Below, piece by piece: positions 32,452-53,208 of a DNA stretch of 64,000 bases. The first letter of the stretch is position 1. Each line of letters begins with the position of its first letter. The notes beneath the pieces were generated by a model. It was given only the letters and a program-made list of their open reading frames with translations, ran no database searches and was not told the DNA's origin. This stretch comes from Lingula anatina (Eukaryota > Animalia > Brachiopoda), in contig CM120641.1 of NCBI GenBank assembly GCA_051362555.1, positions 11,036,001 through 11,100,000 on the forward strand, read 5' to 3'. Both the position numbers and the translations under genes were made by a program.

Positions 32452-35437
32452 TTAATGTTGCTTCAGTTTGTCTTTCCGCAGTGTGTCAATATCCTAAAAT
32501 ACAAAATACACAAAAGATGTTCATTACATATTTCAACTAATCTTAATGTAATTTACTTTGCCAAATTTCTTCTTCAAGTAAAAATCTGAAATGAAATAAT
32601 ATTACAAGAATGTCATAATGTCACTAAAATCATGCAAAATAACAAACAAACAAAAAATATCATAATAATAAAGAAAGAAAATAAACCACTCATTACTTTC
32701 TCTCACTATTATGTGCAAATCCTGGATAGGTATTCTACACTCACTATGATGCTGTTTTAACATTATACATTACTGGGGCAATGTTGTCTTCCCTTTAAAG
32801 GTACATACGAACCGAGCATCGGTGGAGTGTGGATTCCCAGTAACACATGTAAACCACTTCTACTAGATTCTTAAATGACTCAAATAAATTCGACATGCCA
32901 AGGGAAAAACTGAATAGATCACTCCATCAGCCATAAAAGACCTTTAGACTGCTCCTTTCTTTAAATTTATGGTTGTAAATTTAACCTACTTCCGTGACCT
33001 ACTTTCCTGCCCCATTGACATACAGCTTAAAATGCCAGCAGAAAAATCTGTTCAAACATCATTTTCGGGTAAAATTATACAATGCCTTTTGGTAATTCTC
33101 TTAGTTATACTACTTGAAACGATATGCTGGCATTTGGTTGGTTTTTGTGACAAAAAATTGACTTTGTATGCATCTTTAAAACAAAATTTCTTTGTGCTTT
33201 CCATGGAAAAAAATGGAAAACTGGATGATTTTCATTCTTAGAATTACCCATGTAATCTACTCCCAGTGTACAATGAAAATCAAACTCCTCAGTCAAAGTT
33301 TCATAATGATATTTTGACTCCCCCCCCCCCCCCCCACACACACACACACAACTTCATAAATGTTTTTTTACTTGAGAAAATGACATTTACCTGATAGTAT
33401 GCATAATGGAGGATACATTGGCACTTTTTGTTAGTTTTCAGGTGAAAATTTTCATGAGAAAATAAGAAAATGAAAAATGTGTATTCTACCACCCAATGAC
33501 TCCCAACTAACAAAAAGTGCCAATGTTTCCTTCATAATGCATACTACAAGATAAAAGTCATATAATCAAATAAAATAACATTTATAAAGTTTTGTGGTGG
33601 GGAGTCAAAATTTCATGGGGGGAGTCAAATTTTCATTATGAAATTTTGACTGGGGGAGTCAGATTTTCATGTTACATCGGTACCATTATCCTGATGTTTA
33701 GGCAAAAACACTCCTTTTCTAAACTGTGCCCACTATAGCATTTAATTTTAAAATAACCTACTGTAATCATAAAAAGTGCAGGAGGGTAGTATAGTAACAT
33801 TTAAGTATTATTATAATAGTGCCAATAGAAACAAGAATGCAAAATAGATTAGTGCAGAACAAAAAAATGTCACACAGACCACCTTTCAATAATCAACTGT
33901 TACCTTCCATGCCCCCTCTTAGTTTCTGTATATCCTTTAGTATGAAGAGAAAAACATGCACAGGCAAGTTATACATGTATATGATATAGTAAAAAAAAAG
34001 ACACAGGGGCCACACTAGCATATTCATTTTGGACAATTTTTTTATAAAACCTTCAATAACAACTGATGTGGAACAAATGCATATTTAAACCAACAGTATT
34101 TATTATATAGGATTTTGCATAGAAAAATGCAAATAATAAATATTTGTATCCATCACTATTTTTTAATTGATATGGACCATCACTATTTAATTGGAGAACA
34201 AAAATCCCCTTTCATTGTTCATTTTTCAAATTTTTTTCACTTTACTTTTGCAGAGTGGGTAGTTATATATCTATCCCTTGCATTTTCATTTCACGAAAAT
34301 TGAAAATTTTGAGCAGGGGAATGATATTCATTTTTTATGAAAAAATAACATGCCTTTTACGTTTTAACAAAGTAAATGTAATATAAGAGAATAAAAATCC
34401 CATGTACTGTTGCTTTAAGATTTTCCTTTCCCAATACAAATCATCCTTAACATTTGGCAACATTTTATATGCTAGCATGGCCCTGGAGACAAGAGCAGGT
34501 TGCACAACAAACATCGTTAATATACAGTATCAGATACATAATTTAGTATGGACAATTGCCATACATATATTGCCACTTGAGCCTTATATTCAAAGTGAGA
34601 CAGAAGCAGAAAGTACAAGACAATATAAGAAGGTTTCATTAAGTATGTGATATATGTAGTATTATTGAATGTAAAGAGAAAGTAAACCGACATACAAAGT
34701 TAAAAAAGAAAGGTAATTATATCATTCAAACACGGCAGTACTTGGTGGTGTGCACTGTTCATATCCTGTATCTTTAAGGCATTGTAAGAGTGTAATGTTT
34801 ATCCCTTAATATAGTCCATTAATTAAGGATGTGATATTGATCAATGTGCACATGTGAGATTTAAAACTTGGTAATAGAAAAGATTTTTTTTTAAAATGAG
34901 CCCAAGGTAATAAGCTAACATTTAAGGAGTTGGATTAAAAGGTTGACTTTTTTGCTGCATTTTTAATCACAGTTTTTCCTAACATAGCACATCTACTGTT
35001 ATTTGTTTATTAAAAATTATTTTGTCTTGGAAACAAATCCAATGATTTGTACTTACCTCTATCAGGATTCCTTTTAGTTTTTCATAGGCAATGTCTAGAT
35101 CATCGTTAATTATTATATGGTCATAAGAACCCTTCTGGTTAGCTGGAAAAGCAATTTAACTGCTAAAAACTGTCAATGATATTTTGCATACATAAATTAA
35201 ATCATAAAAGCTGAAAATTAATCATCATTTATGTCAACCATACTTTTTTAAATGGAATCTGTAAATCATGCTGACAATAATAATAATAATAATAATATGC
35301 TTTGATAACTGAAAATAATAATTAAAAATGCAAAAATCGATTTGTATGGAATCAGCTGTCTTACTCATAAACATAAAATCAAACATGAAAGGTATTCATC
35401 AGGACTGCCATAGCACATGTGTGATATGCCCTGGCAA

Positions 35438-35484
<47 letters not shown>

Positions 35485-36292
35485 AAATAAAAAAGAGACA
35501 TACAAAAACCATCACTTCAAATCTTCAGCAGAGCCACATGACACTTAACATATTAAACACGTACCTGACGCATAGTAAATTGTAATTAGGGTCAAAATAA
35601 ATGTTAATGTCTAATTCTTTAAATACCACCGAGTGTAATTTGGGTTAATTCGGCTAAGTTCCAATGTAATTTGGCCTTACTGAGTCCAACAGAAATGTTA
35701 AACATATGCTGAACATGTTTGTAGTGCTTCTTGTTGCAGCCTCATGCCAAGGGTACAAACATTAAATGTTAACTGATCATGCCAGACATTTTTGGCCTTT
35801 AACTGTACCCTGAGGTGAAGCGCTCACTGGAAACCTGCCTCTATCATAACCACCATGCCTCTGATAATTCCAGTAGCCTCTGATCTATAAACTGTCTGCA
35901 ACACAAATGTTTATCTTGCCAGCAATGGTTTTTTTTAATGCTGTCAGCCTAATCATTAAACACAAGTGTGTCAGAGCATAATAGTTTTGATTTCAGACAA
36001 ATAAAACAATATGCAGATTTTTGGTGCTGGGCACCAAAACAAACCAGCAATGTCATTCTTATTGCCATTTTGTATTACTAATAGATGCATTGGCTGAATC
36101 TGCCAGTGGACCTAAAACTTCCTGCTCTGGTGGGGATCTCTTCCATCCTAAGTAAGTTTATCTCACAAGGAAAATTCACTTAAAAAATGTTTGGCATGTA
36201 CCACATTCATATCTGTGACTTGCCCCAGCAGGACATAAATTTCCAGCAAATAATGCTTCAGGGCTTTAAACAACCCTTTAAACAACCAAGTT

Positions 36293-36357
<65 letters not shown>

Positions 36358-37547
36358 TACTGGCTTTGGATGAGGTCAATATTCTGTTTTGCTAACCTCA
36401 AGTAAAAAAAAAAAAGTGATACTGCAGAGCTGCATTTGGGTCAAGTGTAAGCGTGGCAGATTATGAACACATCCCATGTTTGACACGGTAACTAATCTCC
36501 TAGGTTTTCTTCACAAAATCAAGGTCCTAAATGAATAATTACCATAATCTAGGTCAGCCTGGGCTGTACTTAACCTCTTCTTTAAAGTTTCATCTGTTTC
36601 TGTTCCTCTGCCTTTTAATCTTTGCTCCTACAAGTAAAAAGTACATGTCATTGCTTTCTGTAACTGGAATTCAAATTAAAAAAGAATTCACTAATAAGAA
36701 CCCATTACATTGTTTCTTAGCAGCAAGTTTTATATATTCTGTGTTGTAAGATATTTTTCAGAATTAAACAAATAACTCATGTTCAAAGGTTTTCTTTCAT
36801 GATATAAGATTGTAATTTACACCAAGTTGTGTCAATGAAAACTTCATACTGCATTAGTAGTATGTCAGTCAGATCTTCACATTTACATATGTGCATATGG
36901 AAATGACATGCAATGTGGCACACTTTAAATATTTAAAGAAGAAAATAAACAAAATGAAAATGAAAAAATTATTAACCAGTATTTACAAGTGTAGTGTGAA
37001 AAATAGAATAAATTTGCCTTTCATTTATGTGTGCTGTGACTCACGGTGACAATAGAGCCACTTCAAACAAACACAGAACTTTGCAGAATAAACCATCACA
37101 TATGGTTTGAGTCATAAGGGACACAGATTTTAATGTTATTAGTTTGATTGGACAGGCATGAATGTAATGGTTGGATGTGTAAGAATTTTCCATCATCTAC
37201 AGGTTAAACCTTTAGATAAGTAAATTTTGATGCAGACTTCATTATGTCACATAGCAGTTTTCTGAGATCTACTAGTCCGAGTAAACAATGGACAAAAAGT
37301 TTAACTAAAACACACACACACAAACACGCACACACTATAAAGATAAAAACATAATTCTCACCAGTATCTGCAAGTTTGGTGGCCGTACAAAGACATATCT
37401 TGGATTTAGATTAGTCTTCTTAATGCTTTTCACTCCTTGAAGATCTATGTCCAGAATACATATTCTGCCTGTGCTAGCTACATCTTCTATTGCTTTTTTA
37501 CTGGAAAAAGTGGGATATTTTTCTCAAAAATAATTTAAAGAAGAAAT

Positions 37548-37632
<85 letters not shown>

Positions 37633-40600
37633 AGCACTAATAAACCCCAATCAATTAACCTTATTGCATGAAATAATTATTTGCAAAAATATATCAAGCA
37701 CTGTATTTTCTATTACCACAGTTCATATTAACTTTATATGATAACATAACAATATTAAAATTTCATAACCAGTATGGATTATATAATTATTATAGTGATT
37801 ACAATATTATTTCAAACAAGGAAATTACTTAACTAGCTTCATAAAAACCATTTAAGTATGGTTATTTTTGGGTGCTAAAATGCATACTGCACAGAAAGTT
37901 AATAAGCTGTCTAAAATAAGAATCTGATCTCAAAACCTTTGAAAAGGTCACATGTATGTACGGCATCCTTTTAGATAACCTTTATGCAACATGTAAATGG
38001 CAAGTTCCTCAGAGCATTAATGTAAACCCAGAAAGAGCTGCTCAGACTGAAGTAATATTTAGCCTTAGACTGCATTCACTGAGGCAAACTTCAGCTTGCA
38101 ACCAAAAATTCTGTTCAACCTGTTTTTCTAAATATTTGCATGCAAATCCACCCAAAAAAAATGGTTTACTCATTTTCCAAACATGGAAATAATCAAATTT
38201 ACAAGTTTTTTTTTTAATTTGTTCATGAAAAATGTTAATGAAAATTCTGGATCACCAAGGTCTCAGAAGACTTCTGTGGAAATTTCCTGGAATACATAGG
38301 TTTCTGCAAGTGCAGAATATTCTAGATACATCAACACTTACCTAGTTCCATACAGGTTCATGGAAAATTCTGCATGCTCTACAAACTCTCCATTACTGAT
38401 GGCTTTTTCCATCTCTTCTTGTGTCACAAAATGATATTCTGAAATAAATTATTATATATTGGTTGAGAAAGAATACACAGCAAATGATCAGGGATATTTT
38501 ACAGACTTTAATCAATATTCAAACAAGACCAGTCTCTTTGTTTTGAAGAAATTGTATTAAAATTCTAATAACCCTCAAAGGTTGTTGTTCCAGTGCTAAA
38601 ATAATAAGGGTGCATTTTCCATAGCTCTTTTCATTTGGTATGATGAAACATCAAAAACGCACCAGCATACTAGTATATGTCCATACTCAATCAACTTTTT
38701 GACTGAAGCCTCCACTGGGCTTTGTAGAGATAAAAGTGATAATCAAGACAGAGAGAATGCTGTAATCAGAGATTAATGGTGGAATGGAATAAATATACAC
38801 TTAGGGCTCAACAACCTCAAGGAAATCCAATGAATTTTAAATACTATTAACATGAGCACATAAGTTAAATGTGTTCGGTAGAATAATGAAAAATTTTGCA
38901 ATACCTCTCCCATTTTGTTCACCTGGGCGTGGTTTTCTTGTTGTGTCTGGAATGAAAAAAGATGATTAACAACTTTGTGTCATTTAAATCATATCTTTAT
39001 CATTATTTATTTACTTATCTATTCATTTATTATTCTTTTTGCAAAATTAGCTCAAATTTTACTTTACTGTCAGGCTTTAAAACAATCCTGGGCTATTAAG
39101 CACTGCAGTCAATCTCCCTAAGTATTTCAATACAGATATGTGATCCACATATATTTGGATACAGATATGTGAAAAGATCCTTAGCAGTACAGCTGTACCA
39201 ATATGCTTAAAAGGTTCTAGCTAGCTACCAAAGTATTATTCTACAAGGGATGTTACGCTCTATCACATCACACCCTATCACTTCATTATTCTCTCTTACT
39301 CCACAAGTTTGCTTGCTGCTGTTAAGGCACCATTTTTAGCCTTAATTCTGATTTAAGTTGTGAGATCTGAAATACTGTGACCCCAGTTTTGCTTAGGTTA
39401 TAAGAAACTATTAACCAATCTAAGGACTTTCTTTTCAACATAAAGCACACTTGCTAACATTTATCTGTGGGAATGCAGTCATAGGAACAAAAATAGTAGT
39501 GAAACAGTGAAACTACTACATTTGGCTATTGTCACAAGAGCATCATTAGTCTGAATACCCACACATTGGGTGATGGTAGACCTGCTATGATTCTCACTCG
39601 GGGTAGTAACCAACAGAATAACCCATCTTTAACCAGGTCAGTAAGTGATTACTATTATCAAACACCAGTGAATACAATTCCCTTGGAACCATGAACAATC
39701 TTATTGATAATAAGCATACTGCACATAACCTCAGTCCAGCTAAACAACAACCAGTTAAGGAAAAAAAAACAGTTTGGGCTTTTTATATTGAGAACTATTT
39801 GTTGCAAACAATTACAGCAGTAGACCTGTTTGTCAACTGGACTAACTTGACTTCATCCTGAAGGCATTTTTTCTCACTCCCTGAGTAAAAGACTGAAACT
39901 TTCACCTTGTCTGACAGCTTAGTCCAACTTACGTGATATACTGAATGCAAAGCAGTCCTCATATTCTTTCATCAGTCTTTTCACCAAGGTGCTCTTTCCA
40001 CTTCCTGATGGACCACTGAATACAACTGGTCGAAGCTGCATGGCAACAGAGCTGAGACTTCGTACAATGCCTGTGGCCAATTTGACACCTAAAATGTAAT
40101 GAGGAACATGTGAAATTAGACAACTAATTTGTCAGACAATAAAAACCCATTTTCAAAATGTCCCAAAGTCATATTTTTGGTGTCTAAATTTTCTGTAAAG
40201 CTACTTTCATCTTTCCAAATCCAGACCTTGAAAAATGGTAAAACCTTACTAATAAAAAAGTCAACTTAAAGTGTCAATATTCAATTCTAAGATGCACAGG
40301 AAGACACTGCGGTCTAACATATATATTTAAATTGCTGCTTATGTGCTTACCTCAGCCAGTGTGAAAAATGAATAAGTTCAGTGTATACCTCCACTATTTA
40401 CAACACTGTTCAATAATTACACTAAAATGTTTAACCTTATCAAATTAAGTCTTCTCAACTTTAACTTATCTCTGATCATTCCAGCATACAAATAGAAGAA
40501 ATTTGAGTTGGAACTTCTACAACCTGATTCTGATGTTCTACCTATATTTGCAACACAATATATGTATTCAATATATTTCTCCAATTATACAAAAAGGCAT

Positions 40601-43600
40601 CCTGCCTAAAATCTGATATCTTTGCATAGTGCCACTAATTAAATATTTCTTGTGCTGGTCACCTAATTGCAGCTGCTTGGCTACAGTTGCTATAATTGGC
40701 CTAGTTAAAATATCCAACCTGGCCTGTTCCCATATCGTAAAATATAAACACATAACATGTAGAAACATAAAAGAACATAACTTCTGAACATAACTCTGCA
40801 AGTCACACTATGCATATTTAATTTTTGTCAATTAAATCACCCTCCACCAATGATATATTTACTAAAATGACTGTACATATTCATTTTCTATATGCTCAAA
40901 GTAAATCATCTTTTATAACAAAGCTTTATAAGCTAGGATGAATAAACCTACATCACTGACCTGCTCCAAATTCAGCAGAAGCAACACATTAACAGACAAC
41001 TCCCGTTTTGATCATTAATATTAAAAGTCCAGCAATCAATATCAACAGCAAGCTATATCACAAGCATGTGATAACGTGAACACCAAACAGCTCGGCGATG
41101 AACCCATAACAAGTTTGAAGAAAACAGTTTCTACAGGTGTCTGAATCATGTTAATTGGACTAAAAATTTGATGAATCTGTACTGTATGGGTTTAGGCTTA
41201 CATGTTTGCTTAATTTTTGAGAAAACTTTAAAATACTTCTTTTTAACAATGCAATATAACAAAACATACATAAAAATCTAATAATTATATTCAAATCAAA
41301 CATTAGATTTTTACATTTCTTAAGTGGGAATGGAACAGCAGACACAAATGATAGAAAATGTAAAAGAAAATAACAGCAAGGAAGTGAGAAATACACTTCA
41401 TAAACATCACCTTGAAGCATCTCAATTTTCACGAAAGCAAAAATTATACCTATTTCATACCCTGTGCTAAAGGATCATGAGATATTGACAAAATGAAAAA
41501 TGCCTCACTTCAACTCGATTCAAACAGCTTTAGGGATTAGAACTTTTCACTTCATAAGATAAAATAAATATTCTGATGCTTCAAAAATTTCCCAAGAGAG
41601 CTTAAACTGAATAAATTTATTAACAATGGAGGAAAGATGACTGGAGAGCTTGTGGGGAAACTTAAATGTACTAAAAACATCCCAAAGTCTTTTATTTCTT
41701 TGTCTTCCAAAGCTACTTATCTTTCCCAATTCAGACCTAAAGAATGATAAAACTCCTCGATAAAAATACACAATGTTGATATTTTCTTCTGAAATTATTT
41801 ATTAATAATGAAATGAAATTATTTATTTATAGTTAAAAATAAAATTACAAATGGTAAGAAAGCGAATTCAAGAGTGGATCAAACAATTAATTATCAAGGA
41901 AAAATTATATTTGGTACATAAATTCCACATATAATACCCTGAACCTAAAATATAAATAATAAAACTGAGCATTTAACAGTTAGAATATTATAAATTTGAC
42001 CACAAACATGCACATGTAGATGCAATAAAATAAACCACACTGAATTTATTAACATGTATATATATCTTTAACAATTGACATGACTTAACTTTATTTGGAC
42101 CCATGGTATGTACTAACTAGTAGAGCATGGGTGTACTAATTGGATGACTACCTTAAGTTACTGCTCAAGTAATTAAGTAAAAAATATTGTAAGTATCAGT
42201 TTAATTTATTTAGCATTCAATACTGCATACAGTTTTGTCCTTATCTTTTAGAAACAAAATTTTATTTGATTCCATCGTTCTAGAACAACTACGCTGCATG
42301 CCCTGTCAATAAATGGAGTATAAAACATACAATAATTGATACCGAGTGAACCATTTTCTTGCCTTTTGATCCTGATGAAGATACAAAATTAATATCTTGA
42401 AAGAGAGACACCTAGATTTGACAGTATATTAACACAATATGGTAATTCATTTAAATGTAGACATAAAATTTGCAACTGAAGGGCTTCATTTAAGTAAAAC
42501 CAGCTCCACTTCATGACAAGACATACATTTACACATATGGTTTTATTCAAAAGAAAGTGAATAATGAAAAGAAACACTTTTGTTGACACTTTCACCTATT
42601 TAAAGAGATAGCAACAATACAATACATTCCATTTAACCACCAAAGCAGCACTTAATGCAATTATTCTGGACCCTGTCCTTGCCATCACACCACCTGGACC
42701 TTCAGAGGTCAATACAAAAAATAAAACTTTTTAGTATTAAAAAAAAACAAAAAAAACATGGACTAACTTTGAATGTCGGAATGGATTCATAAACCATTAG
42801 TAAGTATTGGGGAATCATCATTTTACCCCAGAAAAATCCTTTTTTTGACCAAAACTAATAACTGTTATCCCTTTAACCTAGGCCCAGATATGCTATTTCT
42901 TAGCATGTTTGCTGTGACCACATAGTGCACATAGTGCCAGTGGTAGATTAATATAAATGATAGATAAATGCAACAAATCTCAAAATATTTCTAAACAGGC
43001 AGTGCTCTCTCAAGAACATGAACACACTAAAAACAGCTGGTTTTATTTATCTACTGTTGTTCATTGCACTGCAATAGTCACATTTCAAATACTGTGTGTA
43101 TACGTACTAATTTCTACAATTCTGATTTAGGGTTAAGCTTCAGAAAAGTAGTTCATCCCTTGAGTTATGTACCAAGAATATTAAGTGAAAATATTGTCGG
43201 TAAACAACAATTTCCATAATGAAGAAAATTAACTACTTTATTCTTAGGTCTAGCTACCAGTATATATATCAGAGTATTAGATGCAAAATGCCATGTATTT
43301 TTTCATATTTTAATTAGAATTTATAGTGACCAGATCTTGCAAGGTTCAGGTCAATGAGTTCATTATGGTTTCTCCACATGTTATAGCAAATTAAAGGTTA
43401 AATGTTTTATAAAAATAAAAAAATAAATCAAAGAATTAAAAAAAAAAAAAAAAAAAGGGAAGGACACAGGTAGTGGTGAAATATGGAGTCAAGCAGATGT
43501 GTATATGTCATCTTATATCACCTTAAAACATTCATGAAGAGCTCATATTTTTGCTGTTTCAATAAGGAAAGAGAAAATACAAAAATATGTGAAATGATAA

Positions 43601-44629
43601 AACCACTAAAATATTCAAAGTCTCACATTTTGAAACATGCTCCAACATCAATAAATAATGTTATGAAATCATCTTAAAACTGTGATAGGCAAATGTCCAT
43701 TGACTATCACTTACATGGAGACTGGAGACAGTCTTAAAATTATACACTGGCTATTACACCTGATACATATGCATGAAAGAGTTGTGTAACACTCTTTATT
43801 CTGATGTCTGCCTGCATATCATAAAATGGATACTACAAGTACTTGTATTAAACACAAAAACTCTGTGTTCTGCATGCTTAAACAAGAAAATTGCCCTAGT
43901 GCAGATACCAGTACATATTCCTCTCCAACCAGGATTAAATTAACTCCACTCCATTGTGTCCAAATTTGGTGCTATCTCAAGCATGGTAAATTTGACCACC
44001 TAAAGGCTAAACTGCTAAAGTGGCAACCTTATCTACCTGTACGTGTATCTTAAAATCTTAAATAATTGTTGTTCCTACTAGTATATAATTTACTAGAAGT
44101 TATTTGGGATGAGAGGATAGCTATACTACTTAACTAGCTCAAATCAATAAACAGACAAGTAAATCAGATCCTTTTAAGTACTGTATGTAACCACTTTTAT
44201 AATGAAACAATTACGGAATAAAATACAAGTTTATTAAACTAAAATCATGCATAGTTAGAATTTAAATGTTAAAACAGTCAACTAAGCTAGTTAACACAGT
44301 GCAGGCTTGCATGCATTGCCGAACATAAACGAAGCTTGTAAAAGTTACACTTAGTACTAGCGATACAAAAGCTTAATTAAATTACATAAATTACATAAAC
44401 CGAGTTTCAAAAAAAAAAATAATAATAATAATAAATATAATAAAATTCAATGACTGCATCAACCATATAAATTTACCCTGAAAGTAACTAAATATCCCCA
44501 ACACTGTTATCTAATATGATACCTACAAAAATAGCAGTACAGAAACAATATCGATCATTTGGACAACTCTCTCACCATATAAGTCACCAGCAGTGACTGC
44601 CGCCTACCTGTTCGAAGGTTGGTGACCAT
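32452..44629 (-). CDS. GUK1: Guanylate kinase; short form from ATG 40041, long leader form from ATG 44629
   Basis: Exons 44629-44608, 40088-39933 ([16 protein letters not shown]-loop), 38946-38905 ([10 protein letters not shown]), 38438-38342 (NLYGTS), 37500-37362 ([10 protein letters not shown]), 36627-36543 (RLKGRGTET), 35142-35057 (IINDDLD), 32493-32452. Confidence 0.95.
33247..33680. mobile_element. Non-autonomous DNA transposon remnant with subterminal GGGAGTCAAA repeats
   Basis: Termini CCCATGTAA / TTACATCGG flanked by TA; TTTTGACTCCCC at left and repeated GGGAGTCAAA at right in inverted orientation. Confidence 0.65.
35437..35484. repeat. (AAAT)n microsatellite
   Basis: Seen directly. 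Confidence 0.95.
36295..36355. repeat. (AT)n microsatellite
   Basis: Seen directly. Confidence 0.97.
37551..37628. repeat. (AT)n microsatellite
   Basis: Seen directly. Confidence 0.97.
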
Positions 44630-44956
44630 CTGACTTCCTGTTGTCAACGTAGATGTTCCGCGGGTGTTTTCACGTTTCTCAATAGCGTACCCATTTACGA
44701 TGATTACCTCAAACGTGTTGTTCTATCTATATTTATGATTTTTGTGTTTTCAATTCAAGAAATCGGCAAATTTGTCTCTATCTTTAATTTTGATTGGCCA
44801 ACGAGAGTTTATTTTGCGCTTTCATCTTGTAAAAAAATGCTCTAACGACACACGATCTGTTGCGACAGTCTTAACAAACGCATGCGCAGATGGGATGTAA
44901 ATATTGCGGCTGACGGCAAGGAAGTAAAAATCATGTGAAGGGAAGGCAGACCAAAA
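44630..44956. promoter_or_regulatory. Bidirectional promoter between GUK1 and BECN1
   Basis: 327 bp between divergent ATGs, CpG-richer; ETS-like GGAAGT near each start (about 44633 minus, 44920 plus), CCAAT (ATTGG, about 44793), NRF1-like CGCATGCGCA (44879). Confidence 0.7.
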
Positions 44957-50861
<5,905 letters not shown>

Positions 50862-51525
50862 AAAAAAAATGGGTATTCTGAACACTCATTTTATCATTTT
50901 TAATCCAGTATATGGACTTCTACATTTTTCTCAGTAAGAAACTTCTTATTATCAGATCTATGATCGATAGTGTCTTTTGTGGTATTTGATGGAATGTCAA
51001 GGATTATGGCCTGTTAATAAAATTCGGCATTACTGAAGGAATTGGAACTTTACATTTAGTAATGCTGTATAATGGTTTGCTTCAGACATGAAACCATTTT
51101 GGAATATATTTGTCTAGCCAAAGACTTGCACGTCCCATTTACAAAAGAAAAAAATGTGATTGGTGTGGTAACATCTCTTACTAAGATTTCTATTTCAAGG
51201 AGTTAACTAACAGTTAAATAACAGTTGTCTTTTTGTGGAAGGATACATAAAAAGGAATGGACCTGTGAGAGTCCAATTTGGAATAAAAAACAATTATGAT
51301 ATCACAAAGCTTGTGTATTTCATAATATTGATGTTGATTTCAAACAATCATTAAAGGTCAAGGGATTTTATGTGAAAAAATAGACATCCGATATTAAAGG
51401 TTGAACTTTAATTTGACATTTGCATTAAATGCTTTATACGTGGTATAGTAATTTTTTTTTATTTTTGTTACCTATTCATTTATTTCCTTGAGAATAGGGT
51501 ACAGGAGTTTTGTATGGGTAACAAC

Positions 51526-51710
51526 GACCTAACTTCCTGGGGGTTCACGCTGAATTGCTATCAGCTCAATGAGCTTAAATTTCTGTCACGCCTACCGAAT
51601 CAGCTAGGGGGTAAAGATAATTACCCACTAACAGCTTTACTAGGCGTGACAGACATTTAAACCGGTTACGTTGATAGCAATTTAGTGATACTCCCCAGGG
51701 GGATAGATCG
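51526..51710. mobile_element. Palindromic MITE-like element, family copy 2
   Basis: CGACCTAACTTCCTGGGGGTTCACGCTGAATTGCTATCA ... TGATAGCAATTTAGTGATACTCCCCAGGGGGATAGATCG; homologous to 20029-20222. Confidence 0.72.
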
Positions 51711-51945
51711 GTCAAAATATTTGTGGGAATGGTCCCTTATATGAAGGATGGACAGGCGCCGTACAAGCCATGGATCTGATAGGTGAGCCACTGACTGACA
51801 TATATCACAGAAACTTGAATTTATTTACAACAGATAAACTGCAATAATTGCGACAAGAACTGTGTCTGGAAAAATGACAGAGTATTCGTTCTAAAATTTC
51901 TTCCGAAAATCGATCAGTTCAATAATTTAGAGTGGGTTCCCATAC

Positions 51946-52050
51946 TTAGGTCGATCCATCTGGATCGACCTAACTCCCTCTGGGTTCACGCTAAATTGCT
52001 ATCGGCTGAAGAGGGAGCCGAGCGCGCACGAAAGATAATAACCTCCTAAC
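51946..52050. mobile_element. Partial third copy of the same MITE family
   Basis: TTAGGTCGATCCATCTGGATCGACCTAACTCCCTCTGGGTTCACGCTAAATTGCTATCGGCT. Confidence 0.65.
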
Positions 52051-53208
52051 AGACACATCAGATTCTAACTTTTCGATTAAAGCGTCACACCTATTAACAA
52101 GCAGTTTCCATTTCTATCACATGTACGGAAGTGATCCAGAAATGAAAAATTGAAGGCTTTTTTGTTCTTTGCTATTTTCTCCTTTTTTGGATTTGGTACA
52201 TTTTGTCGATTAACAGGCCCCTAATAACTTGTTGAAACTTTTTGAAGTACTTTTTCTTATTAAACACTTGTCAAAGAAACACATCTTATGTGCTTTGTGT
52301 TTTTTAATAGGTTTATTATCCAAAGTATAAATTTTTACAACACAGAAATTATAGACTGTTAGCTGCACAAACGTAAGGAGAATGCAAAAATAAATAAATG
52401 AATAAATAAATAAATAAAAAGTTTATTTACAAAAGTATGAATCTCTTCACGTTTTTCTTTGATATAGACAGATGATGATGTAAATACTACCAGAAGTATA
52501 AGCAGAAATACATAATTTTACTTCAGAATATAATAATATATAAACACTCTGTCAGAATATCTAAATATATTGTAACGATATTTCTCTTCGTTATCACAGT
52601 TTGCGTATTTTAAAAAATATGTTAGATACAGTAAAATGTTAAAAGCTGTTTAAGGGTGTAAAGGCTTAAAGCAAAAAAAAAAAAAAAAAAATCTTACCTA
52701 TATAAACTTCTATCATATACTGTAATAAAATATATATGATACTAATTTATTTATTATACTTCCAAAATATATACTCACTCAAGACTCATGGTATTTGATA
52801 TAATATTAAAATTGATATAAGTAGCGCTTACTATCACGTGATCAACACGTTGCTATGGCATCCACATATTGCATCTCTAAGCCTAATTATTCACGATCTG
52901 ACTTCTATGCATCTGGGGACTAGGTATCGTCTATAACAACTCGACTATTGACTAGAAATAATGAGTTGCGGGTTTCCTCTCCACTGACGTGCGTGAACTA
53001 TATTTTGCCTAATCTTAACTACGTTCTCAGAACGTTTTTCGTCTACTCAGTTTCTTAAATATAAATAATATTTACGTCATTTCAGTTTCGTGTATATTCT
53101 CAGTATAATGTATTGATTGTCTCAAACAGTCTTGTAATCCTCAGCTGGAAGTTTTGACTGTCTTTGTCCGCGAGTATTGTTCCAGTTCGTTCTGCGTAAG
53201 TTTCCAGG

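Noticed and set aside
52849-52862. RFX X-box-like GTTGCTATGGCATC
   Set aside because: Single imperfect motif in a 3' region with no adjacent promoter evidence.
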